DNA from: a virus
Lineage: Duplodnaviria > Caudoviricetes
Reading direction: 5' to 3' (one strand)
Virus record (IMG/VR): IMGVR_UViG_3300002026_000256
Location: 1-64,000 of that record
Length of the DNA stretch: 64,000 bases
The notes beneath the pieces were generated by a model, which did not search any database, was not told the origin of the DNA, and worked only from the letters and a program-made list of their open reading frames with translations. Of this stretch, positions 43,033 through 53,563 are shown in pieces; position 1 is the stretch's first letter, and every line of letters begins with the position of its first letter. The translations under genes were made by a program, and so were the position numbers.

Positions 43033-43107
43033 CTGGCTGTAGCACAATGGATAGTGCAGTAGCCTTCTAAGCTATTGATCCAGGTTCGATTCCTGGCAGC
43101 CGGACCA
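43033..43107 (+). tRNA. tRNA-Arg(TCT)
   Basis: GTAGC-CTTCTAA-GCTAT, CCA. Confidence 0.93.
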
Positions 43108-43145
43108 GTTTTATCTTAGACAGATTTTTATATAGTAAATACTGT

Positions 43146-43955
43146 ATGCAAAAAATCTTAATCATGGGCTTACCAGGAGCCGGCAAAACTTATCTGGCAG
43201 CAGCACTAAAAAAATTCTTTGAATCTTATTCTGCACCTATAGAAGGGTGCATATATGATGTTACTTGGTTCAATGCTGATGAAGTTCGCAAAAAGTTTAA
43301 CGACTGGGACTTTTCACATGATGGGCGAATCCGTCAATCTATCCGTATGGCACAACTTGCAATACATGAGCCAGTTGATTATGTAATTGCTGACTTTGTT
43401 GCGCCGCTTGTTGAAATGCGGAATAATTTCAAAGCAGATTGGACTATTTGGGTTGACACAATAACTGAGGGACGGTACGCTGATACAAATAAAGCATTTA
43501 TACCACCAGAGCAGTATGATTTCCGCGTAACTGAGCAAAATGCTGATAAGTGGGCTGAGTTCATTGGGCATCACATTATTGAAAATCGTCGCCGCCCAAC
43601 GTTTAACTGGCAAAAAGAAACTGTGCAAATGTTAGGTAGGTGGCAACCTTGGCATGACGGCCATCGTGCGTTGTTTGACAGATTAATCCAAAAGACTGGG
43701 CAAGTTGTAATTCAAGTGCGCGACTGTCAAGGATGGCAAGGAAGTAATCCATTTGAAATTGCTAAAGTAACTAACTTTATACGACGTGACTTAGATCCAA
43801 TTTATCAAGGTCAGTACGAAATTCAAGTAGTTCCTAACATTACACACATTGGATATGGGCGTGGAGTAGGATACACAATTGAAGAAGAAAAGTTTGGTGA
43901 AGAAGTAACATCAATTAGCGCAACGAACATTAGGAAAGAGTTAGGAATTAATTAA
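43146..43955 (+). CDS. Adenylylsulfate kinase-like domain fused to a nucleotidyltransferase (HxGH) domain
   Basis: GLPGAGKT, NADEVR..DWDFS.DGR.RQ..RM, F.PP..YD; GRWQPWHDGH. Confidence 0.8.
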   Translation: MQKILIMGLPGAGKTYLAAALKKFFESYSAPIEGCIYDVTWFNADEVRKKFNDWDFSHDGRIRQSIRMAQLAIHEPVDYVIADFVAPLVEMRNNFKADWTIWVDTITEGRYADTNKAFIPPEQYDFRVTEQNADKWAEFIGHHIIENRRRPTFNWQKETVQMLGRWQPWHDGHRALFDRLIQKTGQVVIQVRDCQGWQGSNPFEIAKVTNFIRRDLDPIYQGQYEIQVVPNITHIGYGRGVGYTIEEEKFGEEVTSISATNIRKELGIN

Positions 43956-43957
43956 TT

Positions 43958-44335
43958 ATGGCATATTCAGATAAAGTAGTAGATCATTATGAAAATCCTC
44001 GTAACGTTGGGTCTTTTGAAAAAGACGATCCTGACGTAGGCACTGGTATGGTAGGCGCCCCTGCATGTGGCGACGTAATGAAATTGCAAATCAAAGTAGA
44101 AGATGGCGTCATCACTGATGCAAGGTTTAAAACCTATGGCTGCGGTAGCGCAATCGCATCGTCAAGTTTGGTTACTGAGTTAGTTAGGGGAATGACTCTT
44201 GACCAAGCCGTCGCTATTAAAAACAGTCAACTAGCAGAAGAACTGGCGTTGCCGCCAGTTAAAATTCATTGCTCAATACTTGCTGAAGATGCTATTAAAG
44301 CAGCAGTGGCTGATTATAGGAAAAACCACCAATGA
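43958..44335 (+). CDS. iscU: Fe-S cluster scaffold IscU
   Basis: [53 protein letters not shown]. Confidence 0.97.
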   Translation: MAYSDKVVDHYENPRNVGSFEKDDPDVGTGMVGAPACGDVMKLQIKVEDGVITDARFKTYGCGSAIASSSLVTELVRGMTLDQAVAIKNSQLAEELALPPVKIHCSILAEDAIKAAVADYRKNHQ

Positions 44336-44664
44336 ACGATCAAATTAATTTTACTGACTCAGTTGTAACTAAGCTAAAAGAAATTTTAACTGAAGACAAT
44401 ACACCAGGTAATAAATTTAGGGTGTATGTCCAAGGGGGCGGTTGCTCTGGATTTTCATACGGGTTTGCATTGGATACTGAGGTAAATGATGATGACTTTA
44501 CGTTTGACAGAGACGGGGTTGCATTAGTTGTTGACTCTATGTCTATGCAATATCTTAACGGAGCTACAATTGATTTTAAAGAAGATTTATATGGTAGCTC
44601 ATTTGTAATTGACAATCCTGGCGCTACGTCAACGTGTGGATGTGGTAGTTCGTTTAGTATGTAA
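44332..44664 (+). CDS. erpA: A-type Fe-S carrier (ErpA/IscA)
   Basis: [36 protein letters not shown]. Confidence 0.9.
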   Translation: MNDQINFTDSVVTKLKEILTEDNTPGNKFRVYVQGGGCSGFSYGFALDTEVNDDDFTFDRDGVALVVDSMSMQYLNGATIDFKEDLYGSSFVIDNPGATSTCGCGSSFSM

Positions 44665-44806
44665 AGATTTCTCACTGTTTTCTCGAACAGTATAATCCAC
44701 GAGCGGAGGATTGGCCTTCGTAAATAACGCTAGTCGGTTTTAGCATAAATCGTTAACATTGTTGCTCGGCACTGGTCTCTCCAACCAAAAATAATTTAAA
44801 AAACGC

Positions 44807-44835
44807 TTGACTTACCCACAGAAATTGTGTATAAT
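44807..44835 (+). promoter_or_regulatory. sigma70 promoter
   Basis: TTGACT-17-TATAAT. Confidence 0.8.
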
Positions 44836-44894
44836 TACTACATTAAACAAAGAGATGTTTAATGTTTAACTTAACGTAACTTTTGGAGATTTTT

Positions 44895-45125
44895 ATGAAG
44901 AAGCTTGTTTTGGTTGCCAGTATTTTAATTGCTGTAAGTGCATCCGCAACTCAGTCAGTTAACAATGAATCAATGGATTTTCAAATGAAGCAGGCAAGTG
45001 CTGCTATCAGCAAGATTGCTGCTGAAGGTCTTGCAAAGCAAAATGAATCAATGGATTTTCAAATGAAGCAGGCAAGTGCTGCTATCAGCAAGATTGCTGC
45101 TGAAGGTCTTGCAAAGCAAGAGTAA
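44895..45125 (+). CDS. Signal-peptide-bearing peptide with two identical 26-aa repeats
   Basis: GGAG RBS; MKKLVLVASILIAVSASA then (NESMDFQMKQASAAISKIAAEGLAKQ)x2 E. Confidence 0.75.
   Translation: MKKLVLVASILIAVSASATQSVNNESMDFQMKQASAAISKIAAEGLAKQNESMDFQMKQASAAISKIAAEGLAKQE
44964..45119 (+). repeat. Perfect 78-bp tandem duplication
   Basis: 44964-45041 is identical to 45042-45119. Confidence 0.95.
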
Positions 45126-45126
45126 A

Positions 45127-45903
45127 TCACTGATCGCGTAGTCTAGACATTATTTTTAATGTATTTGCCCAGGTTTTTGATATGGTGATAACTGCCATAT
45201 CACACCTGGGCTTCCATGCATTTAGCCTATGCATTTTGCGAGTGTCTACATAATAGACAGTATTGGTTTGAAACCATCGACGTTGGCCGCTTACTTCCCA
45301 TTCTAGTCCTGTAGTACATTCGTTTCCTAAAAATGCAATTAGCCTAATAGACTTCCTAGAAATGTGAATTGAATCTCTGTGTGGCGGAAAAAATCCTCCT
45401 GAATTTAATCTAAGCAAATAACTTCTACCAATTGGTGAGAAATAATCAAACACCTCCTTGAGAGATTCAATTTGTTTGCCTGCGTCGGTGGGATACTTCA
45501 TGTCAACTTCTTGCGGTTTATACCCATACAGTGCTTTGTATTGCGATAAACCAGCAGGAGAAGTTGACGTGTCTGTTTCAAGACCGTACAGTACAATTGA
45601 CTCTCTGTCGTTAAGTGTGTGCTCTTTTGGCTGAAAAGGACGCCATAAATCATTAAATTTTTTTTGATCAGTATCCCATTGTTGTGTGGTGATTTTAAAG
45701 TTTAGGGCCTCAAAATCCCCTAACGCAGTAAGCTGTGCTTCAGCAGCAATATCTTCAATTGAAGGAAAATCAGTAGTCACAGTGTGATCTTCGTTTACGT
45801 GCGGTATTGCAAAAACAAGAGGCTTGCCATTTTTGTCGTGTGTGTATTGTGATGCCATAATTTTTAATAGTTTTTGATATTTATAATACTTTTTCAGTAG
45901 CAA
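45127..45903 (-). CDS. 2OG-Fe(II) oxygenase (Asp/Asn beta-hydroxylase-like)
   Basis: LRLNSGGFFPPHRD..YYVDTRKMH (HxD..H). Confidence 0.7.
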   Translation of the reverse strand: MLLKKYYKYQKLLKIMASQYTHDKNGKPLVFAIPHVNEDHTVTTDFPSIEDIAAEAQLTALGDFEALNFKITTQQWDTDQKKFNDLWRPFQPKEHTLNDRESIVLYGLETDTSTSPAGLSQYKALYGYKPQEVDMKYPTDAGKQIESLKEVFDYFSPIGRSYLLRLNSGGFFPPHRDSIHISRKSIRLIAFLGNECTTGLEWEVSGQRRWFQTNTVYYVDTRKMHRLNAWKPRCDMAVITISKTWANTLKIMSRLRDQ

Positions 45904-45980
45904 ATTAATTGTCAGTGGCTGTAGTTACTTTATAAATACGTCTATAAGTTGCATCTGTATGCATTCTTACCTCACCTAAC

Positions 45981-46643
45981 ATGAATAAAAAAATATTAAT
46001 AACTGGTAATCCTACAAAAGAAATAACGGCTGCAATATTAACTCTTTCCCCTACTGCTCATACAGTGTCAAGATCTAGTTGCTCCACTTATTCATTAGAC
46101 TTAGCAAATGATAATGATATTAAAGAATTAGCAGAAATTAGCACTAATTATGACATATTTATAAATTGCTCTTTAATACCAAATTTTGGGCAAACACGTA
46201 TACTCCAACATGTATGGACGACATGGAAAATTGCCAAAAAAGCTGGCCATATCATAAATCTTGGTTCATCAGTTGACTATTTTTTCAGACCAGATAATCG
46301 ACTGTATCCAATTGAAAAGAGATCATTGCGTGATTTGAATCGATCTTTGTCGAAGCACGTTACTTGGCATGATTCAAAAATTAAGTGTACCTATTTTAGT
46401 TTTGGTGGGGTTAATACTGAAAAAACTGAATTGCAATGGGGCCATTATTCTCATTTTTCTACTATAGACATAGCTGAGTATATAATGTGGATTATAAACT
46501 CACCAGAATGCACTAATATTGACGAACTTCATATAACGCCCATCCAACCAATGACCAAAGATGAAATGAATAAAATGAGTAAAAATGTACCTGTTACATG
46601 GACGTCAGGTGACACACGGTCTTTTTTAATAACTAAGGAGTAA
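45981..46643 (+). CDS. Short-chain dehydrogenase/reductase-like protein
   Basis: KILITG, DIFIN, IINLGSS, YPIEK (YxxxK). Confidence 0.7.
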   Translation: MNKKILITGNPTKEITAAILTLSPTAHTVSRSSCSTYSLDLANDNDIKELAEISTNYDIFINCSLIPNFGQTRILQHVWTTWKIAKKAGHIINLGSSVDYFFRPDNRLYPIEKRSLRDLNRSLSKHVTWHDSKIKCTYFSFGGVNTEKTELQWGHYSHFSTIDIAEYIMWIINSPECTNIDELHITPIQPMTKDEMNKMSKNVPVTWTSGDTRSFLITKE

Positions 46644-46645
46644 AC

Positions 46646-47365
46646 ATGGAAAGTTCTACATTAATAGACATTGCTGCAATGAGATTTGATTTCCCGGTGA
46701 CTGACGATGAGATATCAGTGATGGCTGCAGAAATATCAGCAATTAGCAATGATTACTGGTATTGGTGCACATTTCGTGAATCGTACCTTACGTGCTTGTA
46801 TGGAAATGAAGATGTCAATGATAAAACGTCAATGACATGGTTACCACATTCTAAGACATGTACTAAAATTATAGAGTTATGTGAACAATTTGTATTTCCC
46901 ATGACAACTGTTCGCCCCCGTATTATTGTTATTCGCACTATCCCTGGTATGAAAATGACGTTGCATACAGATTGCTACGAAAATCAATTAAATACGTTAG
47001 AGCCAAAACTGCGACTTGTATTACAAGGTAGGGAGAAAAACATGCTATATTTTGTCAATGAGTTTGGTGAGCGTGTTTACATACCAAATACTTGGAGGGG
47101 CTATGTGATGTCTGGCGCTGCATTACATGGGATGGACAATGTGGAGACTGAAAAATTTACTCTTTGTTTTGGGGATCCATGGATCGGGGATAACTTAGAC
47201 AATGTAGTATTTGAGAAATATATTTCAGAGCAGCATGAGTTGTATAAGTCTAGTAAAATTACCATATCTAGTTTAGGTGACGTAAATCATAAATCTGGGG
47301 TTAAAGACCCAACTACTGCTAAAATGATTTCTTGGGCTGATTACAATGCAAGTAAAAAAGATTGA
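46646..47365 (+). CDS. 2OG-Fe(II) oxygenase-like protein
   Basis: PGMKMTLHTDC..ALHGMDN (HxD..H). Confidence 0.6.
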   Translation: MESSTLIDIAAMRFDFPVTDDEISVMAAEISAISNDYWYWCTFRESYLTCLYGNEDVNDKTSMTWLPHSKTCTKIIELCEQFVFPMTTVRPRIIVIRTIPGMKMTLHTDCYENQLNTLEPKLRLVLQGREKNMLYFVNEFGERVYIPNTWRGYVMSGAALHGMDNVETEKFTLCFGDPWIGDNLDNVVFEKYISEQHELYKSSKITISSLGDVNHKSGVKDPTTAKMISWADYNASKKD

Positions 47366-47975
47366 TCTGTCCTGCCCAGACTTATATAAATTTCGCAGAG
47401 AAATAATATGTGACGAACATAACGCATCTCTTGATTTTTTAAATAACATAATCCCACATTCTGCTATTTTAAACGAAGAAGTTTGGAAATTTAGCAAAAA
47501 AAAATGGGAATCTATTATGTTTGACAGCATGTTTGGTGTTTACATTGGTGATGATCTTGCTGCTATTAGCGGGGCAAAACGATACGGCAACAGCGGGGAA
47601 TTTCTAAGAGTTGGCATGATGTATTATGTTTTGCGACGTTTTCGAAATATAGCAAGGAGTACATTATGGTCAGCTAACGGATTAATTGAGTCAGCCTTAA
47701 ATTTTCATAAATTAGAATCTCCAGTGGATTATAGTTTTATATCTATTTACCCACACAATTCTAAGTTGTCTGCACTCTGTACAGTTATGTCTCAAAAAAG
47801 AAGATACGGTCAGTTAGGTAGTGGATCATCATTGCATGTAGATTTAATGAAACAGTACTCTGTTTTTGAACGGCCAATAATGTTTAACGGGGTCATGCAA
47901 CATATATTATTTAAATCTGAGAATGGTACTACACCTAACATTTATTCCTTGGTTACTTCTTTAGAAACTAAATAA
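47346..47975 (+). CDS. GNAT-like acyltransferase (tentative)
   Basis: GVYIGDDLAAISGA..LRVG..YYVL.RFR beta-strand pattern. Confidence 0.4.
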   Translation: MQVKKIDLSCPDLYKFRREIICDEHNASLDFLNNIIPHSAILNEEVWKFSKKKWESIMFDSMFGVYIGDDLAAISGAKRYGNSGEFLRVGMMYYVLRRFRNIARSTLWSANGLIESALNFHKLESPVDYSFISIYPHNSKLSALCTVMSQKRRYGQLGSGSSLHVDLMKQYSVFERPIMFNGVMQHILFKSENGTTPNIYSLVTSLETK

Positions 47976-47995
47976 TTACAACTATACTTAATACT

Positions 47996-48799
47996 ATGAC
48001 TAATTTATTCATGCCAACTCATACTAGAGTTAAAAATTTACAATGGTTATTGCACTTAGCAATTTTTCCAGCTATCTATTTTGGTACATGGCAATTGTGG
48101 CTAACTACGTTATGCATGTTTTGGGCAGTTCATGGCATTGGGTCTGGCATTGGGGCGCACAGATATTTTACTCATAAAACATTTACTACTAATAAGTTTT
48201 GGGAATTTGTGATGTCCTTCTTCTTTACAATAAGTTGCACTGGGTCAACAGTTGGGTATGTGTTAATGCATACTAAACATCATGCATTTTCAGACGGTGA
48301 AAATGATCCTCATAGCCCACACTTGCATTTTACAAAAACATGGTGGGGAATTTATGATAGGGAAAAACTACGGTTTGGCCATCGGTTATATGCTAGATTA
48401 GTTGGCAACCCAGTAATGAATTTTTTCCATACTTATTATTTTGCCATAATAGCTTGCTATGTGTTGATCCTGTTTTTGATTAACCCACTTCTTGTGATAT
48501 ATGCGTTCGCACTGCCAGCAGTGCTTCAATTTCAAGCAAACGCAGTGCTAATTGTGCTAGTTCATACTAAAAAGTGCATCAAAGTTGGTGGTACACGGGA
48601 ATTTGACACTCCTGATTGTTCACATAATATTTGGTGGTTAAAGCCATTGCTGCTTGGGGAGGAGTTGCATAATAACCATCATGCAAATCCAGCAAGCATA
48701 ACAAATAATTTTGGTAACGGAATACGTGATTTTGATCCACTGTTTTATGTAATTAAATACATCATTCGCGGGAACATAGTGGTAAGGGAAAAGCAATAA
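47996..48799 (+). CDS. Membrane acyl-CoA / fatty acid desaturase
   Basis: His boxes HRYFTH, HTKHH and HNNHH; D.DPHSP; hydrophobic spans. Confidence 0.9.
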   Translation: MTNLFMPTHTRVKNLQWLLHLAIFPAIYFGTWQLWLTTLCMFWAVHGIGSGIGAHRYFTHKTFTTNKFWEFVMSFFFTISCTGSTVGYVLMHTKHHAFSDGENDPHSPHLHFTKTWWGIYDREKLRFGHRLYARLVGNPVMNFFHTYYFAIIACYVLILFLINPLLVIYAFALPAVLQFQANAVLIVLVHTKKCIKVGGTREFDTPDCSHNIWWLKPLLLGEELHNNHHANPASITNNFGNGIRDFDPLFYVIKYIIRGNIVVREKQ

Positions 48800-48812
48800 A
48801 TCTTATTACTTG

Positions 48813-49448
48813 CTACAAGGAACCAAACCCCCATTTTCGTTCCTTGCACCACCAACAGTCGTCACAGTGGCTATACATAAATTTTTCATCGTAAGATTCA
48901 CATGATCTGGTCAATTTGAATACAGTATCTAGTATTCCCAATACCTTATATGTTGCAGCAATATCTTTTTTATTAAAATTTGTAAAAGGTTTAATCATTT
49001 TTGACTCGTAGTCTATGATTTTTCTTTTAACTAACGGATTTCGCGAAGTTTGCTGAGTGTTTAACTTTGGTGATATAAAATCATTTGCAATATCTGCAGG
49101 AGGGTTTGCTGTAGATCCAGAGTAAGCAAACAATGACTCACCAGAAAGCAAACATTTACGATGTTGATCGTACAATCGATCATTGTCTTGTACATCACTA
49201 TATTCAATTACATGAGATACATTTAAGTTTCCAGTTAAACTAACACATTTGTTAACAACATTAGATGATGAGATAGCGGCTGCACCGTAATTTAGAGATT
49301 TAGCTAATGTAAAAATATTAATTTTTGACTTATGGTGCATCATTAATATATACAGTAACAAAGAGCTATCTGCACCGCCCGAGCAGCTAATTGATATTGG
49401 GCCGTCAACAATGGGTATTTCTATATTGTTGATTGTAATGGTATACAT
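48813..49448 (-). CDS. QueC-like PP-loop ATPase
   Basis: SCSGGADSS..PF..K..TRSCE..HCDDCWWCKER. Confidence 0.75.
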   Translation of the reverse strand: MYTITINNIEIPIVDGPISISCSGGADSSLLLYILMMHHKSKINIFTLAKSLNYGAAAISSSNVVNKCVSLTGNLNVSHVIEYSDVQDNDRLYDQHRKCLLSGESLFAYSGSTANPPADIANDFISPKLNTQQTSRNPLVKRKIIDYESKMIKPFTNFNKKDIAATYKVLGILDTVFKLTRSCESYDEKFMYSHCDDCWWCKERKWGFGSL

Positions 49449-50452
49449 ATTTTTTCCTTTGGTATTTTGCTATCTGCGCTGCTTACACAGTTATTGCTTA
49501 TGCATGTTGTTGGTTTATTAAACAAAGTAAACCCTGTTTCTATATTGCCAAGTGGCTCATCTTGGCAGCTATAACTTCGCTTAACACTGCCGTCGGGTTC
49601 TCGTATTATAATACTTTGATATCCAGCATTACATTTCCATCCTTTAAAACTGTTAAAGTTAAAGGCATTAAATCTTTCTGCTTGATCTATGTACCAAATT
49701 TTACCAGCTTTATCTTTCATTTCTATTTCCAATGATTGACTATGCCCAGTGGGTGGCAACGGCACAACTGCTGGCCTGCCATTCCATTTCCGTTTAATTG
49801 AAGTATACCCTTGTTGTGGCATTCCATTATGTAATATAGATAACTGCTCGTCGGAGTAACCGTCGACAACTTTGCTAGCAGTGGGGTCACTTTGTGGTTT
49901 AAGCGTGACATTAATACCTTGGTTATGAAAAAACAAAGCATTATCCCAATCACGAGCAAACCATTCAGGGACCATTACCATGTTAATTGTAACTTGTATA
50001 TCATTTTCTTGACAAAAAATTAACTTGTCTGCAAAGTCTTGCATTTTTTCTAATGAATCTAAATGCTCAGTGTGCAAACTTGCAGTGACACTAGCACGAT
50101 GAAATGCTTTAGCTATGCCAACGTATTTTTCAAACCATGCCATATTACGTGAACAGTTAGATGTCATATGGATGCTAGTATAATTTGTGTTTGTTACATC
50201 ATCTGCCAAATATTTAAGTATGTCTAAATAACCAGGATGAAACGTTGGCTCACCGCCAGACAAACTAAAATGAAAACTATTAAACCCATTTGCTCTTGCT
50301 TGACGTTTAATTTCATCTATTGTTAACAAACATAACTCGGTGGGCCTGTGATCTTTTGTATTGCTTCGGGCATACGGCCAGCAATAACTGCACCTGTAAT
50401 TGCAGTACCTGCCAAGTAGCCAGCTTACAGTAAACAAATCGCGATGAAGCAT
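49421..50452 (-). CDS. Radical SAM enzyme with C-terminal twitch domain
   Basis: CNYRCSYC, GGEPT; WKCNAG..DGSVKRSYSC..C..C.SSAD. Confidence 0.9.
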   Translation of the reverse strand: MLHRDLFTVSWLLGRYCNYRCSYCWPYARSNTKDHRPTELCLLTIDEIKRQARANGFNSFHFSLSGGEPTFHPGYLDILKYLADDVTNTNYTSIHMTSNCSRNMAWFEKYVGIAKAFHRASVTASLHTEHLDSLEKMQDFADKLIFCQENDIQVTINMVMVPEWFARDWDNALFFHNQGINVTLKPQSDPTASKVVDGYSDEQLSILHNGMPQQGYTSIKRKWNGRPAVVPLPPTGHSQSLEIEMKDKAGKIWYIDQAERFNAFNFNSFKGWKCNAGYQSIIIREPDGSVKRSYSCQDEPLGNIETGFTLFNKPTTCISNNCVSSADSKIPKEKICIPLQSTI

Positions 50453-50459
50453 ATTTTAA

Positions 50460-51431
50460 TTAAATTGGACCTGAAGTAATAGCAAACCCGTTTAGGGCAA
50501 AAAGTTCTACATTTTTTAAATGCCATTGAATTAGATTACTCCTTACTGTATCGTCTGGCAGATTGTACAAATTTCTTAATGTGTTCTCTTTGAACAAATC
50601 AAAAAATGGGACACACGCTGCTTTTTCTATGTTACGGGGGGTTTGACTTGCTGGTATATTAAATTTACTCATACTAGAAATTTGTTCTATAATAAGATCT
50701 CTTAGGGGTTTAGAAGCAACATTAGTTAATTCGCTTACAGTATATTTACCTTGTTTGACAACATCAAACAAGAAAAAACAATGTACTAACGTGCAATTTT
50801 TGTTTATACCTATCAGTGGCAGCATAATTTTTTTAACAATATCGACAGTTGGTTTATTTTCAGCTAGACGTGATTCACAAATTCTTGCCCAATGTAACAG
50901 CCTACTTTCAGTTAGTTTTTCTGACGATAATTTAATGTACAAGCAAATCAGTGCATATACCTTTTCCTCAACTGTAGTGATTTGAATTTTAGTAGTGTTT
51001 GCTTTTGTATATACGTCTGATATTGACTCGTGTACCCTAACTAAAGCAGGGAGTTCGTGGCTATTCAAAAATTCATCTGCCTCGATGACTGATTTGTTAA
51101 TATCTTCATTGACGTGCAAATGAAAATTTTTAATATTGTTACACAATGCTAAATCAGATGATTCAGTTGGTGTTGCCATATGCAACGCATTAAAAAATGT
51201 AGGGAGACGTATGATTGTACGATTTACTTCTGAATTAAAGGTACATTTCTGAGTTGGCAATTCTCTAAACGCAGAGCAATGAGAGGATATTTGCTGCGAT
51301 AAAAATTCACCACCAGTGCCACCTGGATACATCAAAAACGCTAATTTATTTGAGTATATTAAGTTAATTATTTTGTCATTTATATTCATATTAGTTGACA
51401 GCTCTTGGTAACGAGTTAATAACAGAGTCAA
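50460..51431 (-). CDS. Hypothetical protein, sulfotransferase-like P-loop (tentative)
   Basis: N-terminal YPGGTGGEFL. Confidence 0.4.
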   Translation of the reverse strand: MTLLLTRYQELSTNMNINDKIINLIYSNKLAFLMYPGGTGGEFLSQQISSHCSAFRELPTQKCTFNSEVNRTIIRLPTFFNALHMATPTESSDLALCNNIKNFHLHVNEDINKSVIEADEFLNSHELPALVRVHESISDVYTKANTTKIQITTVEEKVYALICLYIKLSSEKLTESRLLHWARICESRLAENKPTVDIVKKIMLPLIGINKNCTLVHCFFLFDVVKQGKYTVSELTNVASKPLRDLIIEQISSMSKFNIPASQTPRNIEKAACVPFFDLFKENTLRNLYNLPDDTVRSNLIQWHLKNVELFALNGFAITSGPI

Positions 51432-52404
51432 CGTAACATTGGCACTCGGTGTTAACTAACTTTTTTATTTCACTTAGTAATTGTATATTTCGGTTAGTGT
51501 ACGTCTCAATTTCATTTTTTATAGACATTGAGTGGCTATACTGAGTATTTCTTGTAAAAAACAAATCAAAATAATCAATATAATTTACATTAATGTTGTA
51601 CTTTTTTGCTAACAATTTTTCGTTAATTAAGTTAATATAAGAGTACCCTCGTGGTGACATAATAGCCAACGACGCAAAATTAATAAAATTATCAACAGTG
51701 AATTTTAACTTTTGAGAAATAGAATGAATAATAAACAGCCAAACAATTAAATTGTTTGGGTCAGTGAGTAGTGGAGACTTAAAGTGATTAACGAGCATTT
51801 TATTTACTATGCTGCCAGTTGACGGTTGTATTATTGACACCACCTGCGAGGGGGAAATTTTGGAATTTTCTATGGCTTTTGCAAGTGAGACTAATACCTT
51901 AGACGTCTGGTGAGATTTTGAATTAAAATCTGAATAGAAATTATTTTTAATTATTTGTAGTAAATCGCAAAATCTGTCACTTTGTTCAGTTAACGTAATA
52001 TATATTACTTCGTCAATGTTAACAGTAAACACGTTGTAATATAACATAGGTAACCCATGACTCCCAAAAATGTCGTAATACCCATTTATTTTAACAGTTT
52101 CAGCCTCGACGGCAAATTGGTTGTATAGTATATCAATGTCTTCTAACGAAATTTTTGTTGTGTTTTGCTTCTTTCCAATTATACCAAAAAATTTATATTG
52201 GTACGTTGATTCAGAAATTCTAGGCATGTATTCATTGAACGTAGCATTACCCCTGCAAATTGGCGGATTATTAATTAGCTGTGGTAATAAAAAATTTCCA
52301 CCGCACCCAGGGGAAAAAATTAACAACACTTTCCCAGTGACGGAAATATGTTTAAAATCTCGCCATAATGGGTGATCTGGAAATAAAGATAATAAATCAA
52401 TCAT
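51391..52404 (-). CDS. Hypothetical protein, sulfotransferase-like P-loop (tentative)
   Basis: N-terminal SPGCGGNFL, similar to its neighbour. Confidence 0.4.
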   Translation of the reverse strand: MIDLLSLFPDHPLWRDFKHISVTGKVLLIFSPGCGGNFLLPQLINNPPICRGNATFNEYMPRISESTYQYKFFGIIGKKQNTTKISLEDIDILYNQFAVEAETVKINGYYDIFGSHGLPMLYYNVFTVNIDEVIYITLTEQSDRFCDLLQIIKNNFYSDFNSKSHQTSKVLVSLAKAIENSKISPSQVVSIIQPSTGSIVNKMLVNHFKSPLLTDPNNLIVWLFIIHSISQKLKFTVDNFINFASLAIMSPRGYSYINLINEKLLAKKYNINVNYIDYFDLFFTRNTQYSHSMSIKNEIETYTNRNIQLLSEIKKLVNTECQCYVDSVINSLPRAVN

Positions 52405-53563
52405 GCGTAAAATCTTTAAAAATAGGGGCTACCTCTATTAATGACTGTCCTCTACTAGTATCTAACTTGGCCGTGTACTTACAAAAATTGTCCCATTGGG
52501 TATCAAACCAATGCTCACTGTTCATATACGTTACTACACCGTCTATTTTTTTTATATGTGAAAATTGCTGTAACAATTTTGTTGCATGCTGTTTTAACTC
52601 TTCTGGCAACGAACGTATATTAAGATAATCAGGATGATCAAGTATATTTAAATATATATTATGGTACCCAGATAATTCAAGGTATTCTAGTAGATTGTCT
52701 AAATATAATATATTGTATGCTTGCACAGTAACGTGGATTTGTAATGCAATTAGCTTCCCTAGTTCATTGAATATTTTTAAATTTTTGTCAATAGTATTCC
52801 AGTCTGACGGAAATCGAATGTAATGATTTAAATTGCCGACTGCATCTACGCTTGCATTGACTCGTATTAGTTTAAAATGTTTCCAATATTCAATCATTTT
52901 TCGTGGAATATTTGTCAAATTAGTGTTATATTTTAACGTAATATTTTTAGCGTGACCACTAAGAATTAACTTGTCAAATAATTTGTATTGACTAATTGCT
53001 AGCGTTGGCTCTCCGCCAGTTAAGTATATTTCTTCAATGCTGTCAGACAATTTTGCTAAATTGTCCCATATTATGGGGTTGTCTATCCATTGCATTTTCT
53101 TAAGTTTACTTAACTCAGCGGTTGGTGTAGTTGGATATATTAACTGCCATTCGTCGACCCACTGACTGCTTGCGTATGGATTGCACATTCTGCATTTGAG
53201 ATTGCACAAATTTCCTAATCTTAAGTCAACATATTTAATATTCAGCGGTGGGGTGGTGGTAGTACAATCAGTAGGCCATTTTTCATTCCACGCTTGCCGT
53301 GCAGATTTAATACCAAGTGCTTCTTCACCAAAACATCTTGCACACATGGCAGGACGTTTCCCTTCAATGAATTCGTGCCGTAAGTTTACTAACGTTTCAC
53401 TGTCCCAAAAGCTAAGAACGTCGTCGTCAGTTATATTATATGGGATACTACCATTACGATATATTAGATTCTTTCCTGGTGTGCTGTTGCAGCATACACG
53501 TAAATTACCTGCTGAATTTGTTGCCATATGCATCCATGGCAACACACATGTTGTATCACTCAT
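52397..53563 (-). CDS. Radical SAM enzyme with N-terminal SPASM/twitch-like domain
   Basis: CVLPW..CC..CARC; CNLKCRMC; GGEPT. Confidence 0.92.
   Translation of the reverse strand: MSDTTCVLPWMHMATNSAGNLRVCCNSTPGKNLIYRNGSIPYNITDDDVLSFWDSETLVNLRHEFIEGKRPAMCARCFGEEALGIKSARQAWNEKWPTDCTTTTPPLNIKYVDLRLGNLCNLKCRMCNPYASSQWVDEWQLIYPTTPTAELSKLKKMQWIDNPIIWDNLAKLSDSIEEIYLTGGEPTLAISQYKLFDKLILSGHAKNITLKYNTNLTNIPRKMIEYWKHFKLIRVNASVDAVGNLNHYIRFPSDWNTIDKNLKIFNELGKLIALQIHVTVQAYNILYLDNLLEYLELSGYHNIYLNILDHPDYLNIRSLPEELKQHATKLLQQFSHIKKIDGVVTYMNSEHWFDTQWDNFCKYTAKLDTSRGQSLIEVAPIFKDFTHD

Noticed and set aside
44665-44800. Riboswitch between erpA and the peptide gene
   Set aside because: Only weak stems, no recognisable aptamer consensus, and it lies upstream of the peptide's own promoter
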